Assembly: GCA_964484885.1 (NCBI GenBank)
Contig: CAZAFQ010000001.1
Coordinates: forward strand, 1-37,982
Direction of reading: 5' to 3'
Length of the DNA stretch: 37,982 bases
Origin: an uncultured Candidatus Saccharibacteria bacterium
Lineage (GTDB): Bacteria > Patescibacteriota > CPR2 > UBA1875 > CAZAFQ01
The notes under the pieces are model-generated. The model ran no database searches. It saw nothing but the letters and a program-made list of their open reading frames with translations, and was not told the DNA's origin. Below, piece by piece: positions 32,632 to 37,982 of the stretch. How positions within the stretch are numbered: position 1 is the stretch's first letter; each line of letters begins with the position of its first letter. A program made the position numbers and the translations under genes.

Positions 32632-33227
32632 ACTTATATATTAAATTAAATAATGCCAGATATGAGTTACAAAATTTAAGACTTAAAAAATCAGGCTTAA
32701 ACAAGTATTCAAGCTATAATTATTATGAATTAGGTGATTTTTTACCAGCGATAAACTCCCTGTGTTTGAAATATGACATGACGACAAGGTTTAATATCAT
32801 AACAGATAAAAATAGTGAAAAGGCGATTTTAACCATAATAAACTCGTCAGAGCCACAAGAAAAGCTGGAGTTTATTTCACCAACCGCAGAAGTTGAGATC
32901 GGAAAGAAAAAAGACGGCACAGGCGGAGCTGAGCCTATTCAAAACTTGGGGGGAAAGATTACCTATATGAGACGCTATATGTTAATGACAGCTTTCGAGA
33001 TGGTTGAGTCTGACAGAGTAGAGCAGATAAATCGTGAACTAACAGGGTCTATATCTGATGATGATTTAGAAAAAATAAACAAAACAAGAACACAATCACA
33101 ACTAATAAAGGTTTGTTCTGCACTAAAGACAAAATATAAAACTAATTTAATCACCCCTCACTATGAAAGAAGAATTGAGGAACTAAAACAAGACGAAGTA
33201 GAGTTGCAAAAGAAAGGCAAGAAATGA
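32628..33227 (+). CDS. ERF-family single-strand annealing protein
   Basis: KKSGLNKYSSYNYYELGDFLPAI...LGGKITYMRRYMLMTAFEM resembles the ERF family pattern. Paired with an exonuclease. Confidence 0.6.
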   Translation: MNLYIKLNNARYELQNLRLKKSGLNKYSSYNYYELGDFLPAINSLCLKYDMTTRFNIITDKNSEKAILTIINSSEPQEKLEFISPTAEVEIGKKKDGTGGAEPIQNLGGKITYMRRYMLMTAFEMVESDRVEQINRELTGSISDDDLEKINKTRTQSQLIKVCSALKTKYKTNLITPHYERRIEELKQDEVELQKKGKK

Positions 33228-33817
33228 AAATTTACGACAACATAATTCAAGGCACAGAAGAATGGTTTCAGGTTAGGTTGGGTAAGTTTGGATCGTCTGA
33301 TGCACAGGCTGTTGCTTCTTGCGGAAGGGGACTAGACACAATTTGTTTTCAAAAAGTAGCAGAGATAATCATTGGCAAGCCACAAGAAAGCTACACCAAC
33401 GAACACATCGAGAGGGGAATAAAAACAGAATCGATGGCTAGGAGTGCCTATGAGATAGAGACCGGAAATTTAGTAACACAGGTAGGATATATTGAAATTA
33501 GTGATTATGTTGGGGGGTCTCCAGATGGAATGGTAAAAGGGGACGGATTAATCGAGATAAAGTGCCCGTCAGACGCCAACTATATAAGGACTATCTATGA
33601 GGGCAAGATTGACAGCAAATATATTTGGCAAATGCAACATCTAATGCTCATTACAAACAGGAAGTGGTGTGATTTTGTCGTGTTTAATGAGAATTTAGAC
33701 AAGATTAGAATCCAGCGTGTAGAAAGAGATGAGGAGGCAATCGAAAAGATTAAGGTTGGATTGGAGTCAGGAGAGAGAAAAATAAAAACTATTTTAGAAA
33801 AAGTAAAAAAAGGATAA
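33224..33817 (+). CDS. YqaJ/lambda Exo-like PD-(D/E)xK exonuclease
   Basis: GTEEWFQVRLGKFGSSDA (YqaJ N-terminus) and GSPDG...IEIKCP (D...ExK). Confidence 0.75.
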   Translation: MKIYDNIIQGTEEWFQVRLGKFGSSDAQAVASCGRGLDTICFQKVAEIIIGKPQESYTNEHIERGIKTESMARSAYEIETGNLVTQVGYIEISDYVGGSPDGMVKGDGLIEIKCPSDANYIRTIYEGKIDSKYIWQMQHLMLITNRKWCDFVVFNENLDKIRIQRVERDEEAIEKIKVGLESGERKIKTILEKVKKG

Positions 33818-33819
33818 AT

Positions 33820-34311
33820 ATGAAAAACGAACTTTATGAGCAATCAGTAAAAAGAATTCAGTCATTTGATTTTTTTAACGAGGTAGTCTTAGAGATTCAA
33901 AAAATAACCGACGCTCTTACCAGCCGTGAGATTGGAAGGTGGTCAGGAGACGAACTGTCGAGGGCGATCTCTAAACTAGCGATCCTTAGGGTGAATTTGG
34001 GTCAGGAAATGTCTGACGCAATTGCTAAATATGATTTTAGTTATCTATCTAGAAAAATAAAATACGCTAAAGAGTGGAAACCAACCAAAGAAAAACTAAA
34101 CGCTCAACTAAATAAGGCAACAGTTAGCGACATCGAAAACGAGATCGTAAATAAAATATCAGATATACAGTCAGCAGAAATCGAGAACAAACACTACGCA
34201 GATCAATTAAAAACGATTTATGATTCTACAGAGACTCTAATCACCGCCCTCCAAAGCAGATTGGGATTTCTAAAACAAGAAATGCGAGAGACAGCGACTT
34301 ACAAACATTAA
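33820..34311 (+). CDS. hypothetical protein, 163 aa
   Basis: Intact ORF, tightly packed. Confidence 0.6.
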   Translation: MKNELYEQSVKRIQSFDFFNEVVLEIQKITDALTSREIGRWSGDELSRAISKLAILRVNLGQEMSDAIAKYDFSYLSRKIKYAKEWKPTKEKLNAQLNKATVSDIENEIVNKISDIQSAEIENKHYADQLKTIYDSTETLITALQSRLGFLKQEMRETATYKH

Positions 34312-34386
34312 TAACTTTTAACAGCAGTTGGTTGCCTTATCGGGATTTACGAACTGCTACTAAAAATTATTAATTAAGAGGTCTAT

Positions 34387-34620
34387 ATGTATATAAAATC
34401 TAAAGCCAGAATAAATAAAGACAAAAGTCAAGCTAACTGGGAAAGACGTATGTATATTTTTATTAAACGAAATCAAGGTTGGACATACCAACAAATTGCA
34501 GACACTATTGGAACTTCACGTCAAAATGTAGCCGAGATTTATGGCAAGATTAAAAAAATGAGTATTGAGGAGTTAGAACAAGAGTATCTAAATTGGGGCT
34601 TGACAGATACTAAAAAATAG
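34387..34620 (+). CDS. small HTH DNA-binding protein (sigma region 4 / LuxR-like HTH)
   Basis: WTYQQIADTIGTSRQNVAEIYGKIKKM. Confidence 0.6.
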   Translation: MYIKSKARINKDKSQANWERRMYIFIKRNQGWTYQQIADTIGTSRQNVAEIYGKIKKMSIEELEQEYLNWGLTDTKK

Positions 34621-34628
34621 CATATATT
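34600..34628 (+). promoter_or_regulatory. sigma70-type promoter (TTGACA-17 nt-TATATT)
   Basis: ggGCTTGACA context and counted 17-nt spacer. The predicted TSS lies within a few nt of ATG 34638. Confidence 0.55.
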
Positions 34629-34637
34629 AAAAACAAT

Positions 34638-35063
34638 ATGTATATGAATTTTTTTCTCCCATTTTTTTTAAGAGCCTTTATTAAAGCAAAAACCACTCCT
34701 GAGTTGCTTGTTGAACCACCAGTTGAGGTGGTAGAGGAAGTTAAGGCAAAAGAACCCAAGTGGTCAGGAACAGCCAAAGTAACCGCCTACTCTTGCGGAG
34801 GTGAGATGACGGCTAGAGAAAAAGCAATCAACTGCCCAAACGGCATTACTGCCACAGGAACTATCCCACAGCCTAAAAAAACAGTAGCTTGCGACAGGGC
34901 TAATTTGGGCAGAACTTTTGAGATTGAGGGGTTGGGTAAAGTAGTTTGCGAGGACACTGGTGGTAGTATCAAGGGGGCAGGAAGGTTTGATGTTTATCTT
35001 GAAACAATCCAAGAAGCCAAAGAGTTTGGCGTTCAATATTTACCTTATAGGGAGGTTTTATGA
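34638..35063 (+). CDS. 3D-domain (RlpA-like double-psi beta-barrel) cell-wall-active protein with N-terminal hydrophobic leader
   Basis: KVTAYSCGG...TATGT...VACD...FEIEGLGKVVCEDTGGSIKG.RFDVY matches the 3D domain pattern. Confidence 0.75.
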   Translation: MYMNFFLPFFLRAFIKAKTTPELLVEPPVEVVEEVKAKEPKWSGTAKVTAYSCGGEMTAREKAINCPNGITATGTIPQPKKTVACDRANLGRTFEIEGLGKVVCEDTGGSIKGAGRFDVYLETIQEAKEFGVQYLPYREVL

Positions 35064-35260
35064 CAAAAAAACTTCGTGTTTTAGAAATGTTGGAAATCGC
35101 AGGTCAGAGAGGACTAACTGTTCATGAGATGATAATGAAAGGCGGTGGCAATGATGTTAGAAAGTACATCAGTGAGCTAAGAAGGGCTGGTGAGGACATT
35201 ACAGATAATTGGGAGAAAAAGGGTAGAGAAAAGTGGAAGCGATATTATCTAGTTAATTAA
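35060..35260 (+). CDS. small winged-helix-like DNA-binding protein
   Basis: GLTVHEMIMKGGGNDVRKYISELRRAGEDI. SD AGGGAGG and ATGA coupling. Confidence 0.55.
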   Translation: MTKKLRVLEMLEIAGQRGLTVHEMIMKGGGNDVRKYISELRRAGEDITDNWEKKGREKWKRYYLVN

Positions 35261-35271
35261 TCTATTGAATT

Positions 35272-35436
35272 ATGACAACAATGAAAGAAATATCAGAGAG
35301 AATAACAGAGCTAATGCAGGAGCTAAACATGGACACTAAAGATGATATTCTTGTGCGGAAAATTAGAGTTATTTATTATCAAGCTCGTCTTGACCAGATA
35401 GATAAAGACCTAAAACAATTAAAAACTAAAAAATAA
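35272..35436 (+). CDS. small hypothetical ORF, 54 aa
   Basis: Hand translation gives MTTMKEISERITELMQEL...KQLKTKK*. It fills an otherwise empty gap. Confidence 0.45.
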   Translation: MTTMKEISERITELMQELNMDTKDDILVRKIRVIYYQARLDQIDKDLKQLKTKK

Positions 35437-35440
35437 CCTT

Positions 35441-35683
35441 ATGCAATTAAAATCAAGAAACATCATAAAAACAACTTTTGAAAGAGTGAAAGAGGACAAA
35501 CTAACTTATGTCTCTACCTTTAGGATAAATGGAAAAGAGTTTGAGGTAAAGGCAGATTACCCGTTTTTCTTAATCGGGCAAGAAGCACTGGAAAATCTAT
35601 TGCTTGAGTTTTCAGATGACGTTTTAAGCTGTGAGGCTATTGATAGCACAGTTGATAATCTAATTTTTGAAAGTAGTAATTAA
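35441..35683 (+). CDS. hypothetical protein, 80 aa
   Basis: Intact ORF. Confidence 0.6.
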   Translation: MQLKSRNIIKTTFERVKEDKLTYVSTFRINGKEFEVKADYPFFLIGQEALENLLLEFSDDVLSCEAIDSTVDNLIFESSN

Positions 35684-35692
35684 AAAGGACAT

Positions 35693-35983
35693 ATGAAAGA
35701 ACTGACACTAAAAAAGCTAGACGAATTGGAACAGGGTATTTTTGCTAAAGGTGAAACAGTTGATAGTCCAGAGGGTGACAATATGGCTAATACGGGTAAT
35801 AGAATTAAATGGGTGGCAGTCAGAGGTGCAATAAACGATTGGGCAATTTATTTAGATAACCCCTTTGAGCCAAAGAATAGTTTTGAAGATGTGGCTAATT
35901 GGGGGGATAAATTACATAACCGAGAAACAATTAAAAAATTAGTGCCTTGTGATGATGAAGCTCTAGCAAGGTATAGGGATTAA
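35693..35983 (+). CDS. hypothetical protein, 96 aa
   Basis: SD AAAGGA. Intact ORF. Confidence 0.65.
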   Translation: MKELTLKKLDELEQGIFAKGETVDSPEGDNMANTGNRIKWVAVRGAINDWAIYLDNPFEPKNSFEDVANWGDKLHNRETIKKLVPCDDEALARYRD

Positions 35984-35986
35984 ACT

Positions 35987-36088
35987 ATGAAAACATACAC
36001 TATTGACGGTGTAACCGTTACAGAGGAGCAGTTAAGAAAAGTAATTCAAGAAAATCCCGAACTAAAAGAACAAGCAGAAGAATTATAA
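35987..36088 (+). CDS. micro-ORF, 33 aa
   Basis: Hand translation gives MKTYTIDGVTVTEEQLRKVIQENPELKEQAEEL*. Confidence 0.35.
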   Translation: MKTYTIDGVTVTEEQLRKVIQENPELKEQAEEL

Positions 36089-36110
36089 ATATTTAAGTGA
36101 AAGGAGTATT

Positions 36111-36233
36111 ATGAAACCACAAAAAGACTACACCAGACACGCTATCTGGGCTATTGTAGCTTACTTGGTTATCTTTTCAGCAGGAGTGGTAACCTTAGCA
36201 CTAGGAGTAAGTGCCTTATGGAGTTTGGTTTAA
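36111..36233 (+). CDS. small membrane peptide, 40 aa
   Basis: SD AAGGAG 5 nt upstream. One TM segment (AIWAIVAYLVIFSAGVVTLALGV). Confidence 0.5.
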   Translation: MKPQKDYTRHAIWAIVAYLVIFSAGVVTLALGVSALWSLV

Positions 36234-36278
36234 AGTAAAAAGAGTTTGCCAGTTCTCTTTCAAAAACTGGCTAAAGAA

Positions 36279-36410
36279 ATGAAACTAAAACTAGACATTG
36301 AGATTAAGCTTGCCAAACCATTACCGCCCAGAAAGGTATGTATGTCCAAGCAAAAGAGTTTAACCTTTGTCCAGATTTATTATTTACAAATCTTAATAAG
36401 GAAAAAATGA
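36279..36410 (+). CDS. micro-ORF, 43 aa, ATGA-coupled to the 88-aa gene
   Basis: By hand translation, the single repeat mismatch (33/36395) is synonymous (TTG/TTA Leu) in this frame. Confidence 0.35.
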   Translation: MKLKLDIEIKLAKPLPPRKVCMSKQKSLTFVQIYYLQILIRKK

Positions 36411-36756
36411 AAATAGTATTGAGAGCATTTAATAATAAATTACAAGGAGTAATGGAAGTGCCAGAAAACACCACTCCAAGATTCAAACTAGCTCTTGAGC
36501 AACCGATACAGATAGCTAATTTTGGTTTTACTAAGAAGGATAATTTTAATTTAATGAAATCGCCAATTAAAACAATCTGTGTTTTTGAATGGACTGGTGG
36601 AACATTTGTTGAAGAAGGACACGAGTTTAATGGGGCAAGAGAATATCAATTAGTAGACATTGAAAAACTATGAAAGGAAAAAATGAAAGTAATTAAAATA
36701 TATAATCAACATAGGAGAGATTGCTATATTGATTTAGAGTGTGAGAGTTGTGGTAA
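36376..36756 (+). repeat. Copy B of the 381-bp direct repeat (partner 14..394)
   Basis: See copy A. Confidence 0.9.
36407..36673 (+). CDS. hypothetical early protein, 88 aa (paralog copy B)
   Basis: Protein and RBS block are identical to 45..311. The longer track ORF from 36338 lacks this support. Confidence 0.7.
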   Translation: MKIVLRAFNNKLQGVMEVPENTTPRFKLALEQPIQIANFGFTKKDNFNLMKSPIKTICVFEWTGGTFVEEGHEFNGAREYQLVDIEKL

Positions 36757-36910
36757 TAAGGAAATTGAGGTATCAGCTTATGATGATAGAAACTTTTGGG
36801 ATAATGTTGTTCCAGATTTCAAATGCGAAAAGTGTGGAAAGTCTAGTAATGATCTAGGCACTGAAAAAGAATATATTGGTACGAAGTATCCAGAAGGTTA
36901 TCAAATATGA
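36683..36910 (+). CDS. small zinc-ribbon protein, 75 aa
   Basis: CESCG ... CEKCG pairs. The N-terminus is identical to the 321 gene, with a different C-terminus. Confidence 0.65.
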   Translation: MKVIKIYNQHRRDCYIDLECESCGNKEIEVSAYDDRNFWDNVVPDFKCEKCGKSSNDLGTEKEYIGTKYPEGYQI

Positions 36911-37119
36911 CAGAAGTAGAAAAACAAATTAAAAAAATACTTGATGATTGTCCAGAAGTTAATAGAAGAATATTGGAACTTCAATTAGAAACACTGGTTA
37001 TAAAAGCTAAAAGAGAACAAATGAAGGAAGATCACAAGTCAACTATAAAAACATGGAGGATTGAGGGCAATATTGGTGGAGATCTAAACAACCCATTCCC
37101 ATTAAAAGGAGAAAAATGA
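36907..37119 (+). CDS. hypothetical protein, 70 aa
   Basis: ATGA coupling. Confidence 0.6.
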   Translation: MTEVEKQIKKILDDCPEVNRRILELQLETLVIKAKREQMKEDHKSTIKTWRIEGNIGGDLNNPFPLKGEK

Positions 37120-37128
37120 AAGGAAAAA

Positions 37129-37278
37129 ATGAAACACTATCTTGGATCAGTCTTAATTGTGCTAGTCGCTATGATAATCTCTGCTTTTTTGATAGCTGGA
37201 ATGTTTTGGGGAATTAAACTAATTATAGAAGGCTGGCAAGTAGTAGAAGAAATGGGAGAGTTATTATTAACTAAATAA
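37129..37278 (+). CDS. small membrane peptide, 49 aa
   Basis: Uses the AAGGAAAAAATGAAA start block. TM segment LGSVLIVLVAMIISAFLIAGMFW. Confidence 0.5.
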   Translation: MKHYLGSVLIVLVAMIISAFLIAGMFWGIKLIIEGWQVVEEMGELLLTK

Positions 37279-37284
37279 GGATAT

Positions 37285-37368
37285 ATGGAAAAAATAATAT
37301 TATTTTTAATCTGGTTAGCAATTGTTGGAATTATGGCAGTAGCAGTAATTCAATTACTAGTTAAATAG
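37285..37368 (+). CDS. micro membrane peptide, 27 aa
   Basis: MEKIILFLIWLAIVGIMAVAVIQLLVK*. SD-like AAGGA upstream. Confidence 0.35.
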   Translation: MEKIILFLIWLAIVGIMAVAVIQLLVK

Positions 37369-37374
37369 GAGAAT

Positions 37375-37620
37375 ATGACTAAACAAATACAGACAGTGGG
37401 AGGAAAACTAAAAGACAGTATCGGGGCAGTTCTTGCCAATCACAACCTTAGACAAAATGAAGGATTGTTTTTAGCCCTGTGTGAAGTAGGGGCTAATGCT
37501 ATTGGTTTAGCCCAACAAGAAGCGGTGGAGCAAGTAATCACTAAAATACAAGACTTAGGTTGGATAGGAACTTTACAAAGACAAGAACTGGAGCAAGAAC
37601 TTGAAGCCCTAAGAGGATAA
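37375..37620 (+). CDS. hypothetical protein, 81 aa
   Basis: SD TAGGAGAA. Confidence 0.65.
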   Translation: MTKQIQTVGGKLKDSIGAVLANHNLRQNEGLFLALCEVGANAIGLAQQEAVEQVITKIQDLGWIGTLQRQELEQELEALRG

Positions 37621-37621
37621 G

Positions 37622-37882
37622 ATGACTAAGCCAATAGATGGTGAAAAAAGATGGGTAAAAAGAAAAGGCTGTAAAAACTGCGCTAAACAGTGGGTAGTTG
37701 ATGGCATTGATGAAGATGGTGAAGAATATGGTCGGTGGTTTGTTGTCCCGATGACACCTGGGAAGCATTTTGAGTATGTTAGCGAGGTTTTTGACCCAAA
37801 AGAACGCACATATTTATTAAACGCATATTTTGATCCAGACACAAATACGTTGAGGTTTAATCAGAAAGGACAAGATGACTAA
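37622..37882 (+). CDS. hypothetical protein, 86 aa
   Basis: SD GAGGA. Intact ORF. Confidence 0.65.
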   Translation: MTKPIDGEKRWVKRKGCKNCAKQWVVDGIDEDGEEYGRWFVVPMTPGKHFEYVSEVFDPKERTYLLNAYFDPDTNTLRFNQKGQDD

Positions 37883-37970
37883 ACAACCAGAAAAAATTAT
37901 TGAGTTGTCTAATGGTAAAAAAGTAAGCGAAAGCACAGTAATAGAAGCCTTAAAAGGATTAGTTAAATAG
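37875..37970 (+). CDS. micro-ORF, 31 aa
   Basis: MTKQPEKIIELSNGKKVSESTVIEALKGLVK*. It ends in the same 21-nt junction as 37285..37368. Another gene starts at 37976 and runs off the window. Confidence 0.35.
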   Translation: MTKQPEKIIELSNGKKVSESTVIEALKGLVK

Positions 37971-37982
37971 GAGAATATGAAA

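Noticed and set aside
36338-36673. Longer 111-aa version of the 88-aa paralog.
   Set aside because: Copy A shows the conserved unit starts at the AAGGAAAAAATG block (36407). The extra 23 codons fall in a non-conserved region and overlap a micro-ORF in another frame.
372-37842. All minus-strand ORFs in the track (e.g. 372..593, 9197..9499, 12755..13180, 17566..17871, 18072..18410, 21478..21783, 37541..37842).
   Set aside because: Each lies entirely inside a better-supported + strand gene and has no SD. Their composition is Ser/Leu/Phe/Ile-rich and low-complexity, as expected for antisense shadows of AT-rich coding DNA. The rest of the genome is strictly unidirectional.
1-37982. Interpreting the end repeats as a circular-assembly overlap or direct terminal repeat.
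   Set aside because: The repeats are internal to the ends: 13 nt precede copy A and 1226 nt follow copy B. The flanks are non-identical, so the simple overlap model does not fit. It is kept as a finding with alternative explanations.
1-37982. CRISPR arrays, integrase/attP, toxin-antitoxin or known defence systems.
   Set aside because: I saw no regularly spaced repeats, no tyrosine or serine recombinase motifs and no recognisable defence gene signatures. The absence rests on visual inspection only.

Overview
The window reads as a near-complete 36-38 kb tailed dsDNA phage genome of siphovirus type, or a prophage core. Every credible gene is on the + strand. The sequence is AT-rich, uses the standard code (TGA is a stop) and SD-type RBSs, and shows frequent ATGA/TAATG stop-start coupling. 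Gene order: small early genes (1-1601); HNH/NinG-like nuclease; a six-gene soluble glycosylation island (2171-7020: five glycosyltransferases plus an SDR sugar epimerase); a ParB-DNA methyltransferase broken at a G9 tract; terS/terL; a portal-MuF fusion; a Com-like zinc finger; a prohead protease-major capsid fusion; connector genes; tail chaperones with an A10 slippery run; tape measure; baseplate and fibre genes; a lysis cassette with a CHAP endolysin; HNH; a 742-aa beta-helix-like protein; a mini-HNH; a ~1 kb ORF-free island dense in terminators and structured RNA (31404-32427); then a consensus early promoter, ERF/YqaJ recombination genes and many small early ORFs. A 381-bp near-identical direct repeat (14-394 and 36376-36756) links the two ends. 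I saw no integrase, repressor, replication enzymes, tRNA or CRISPR array. The most noteworthy items are the glycosylation island, which lacks any export or membrane components, the hairpin-family RNA island, and the homopolymer-split methyltransferase. All functional calls come from motif recognition by eye and no database search was possible.
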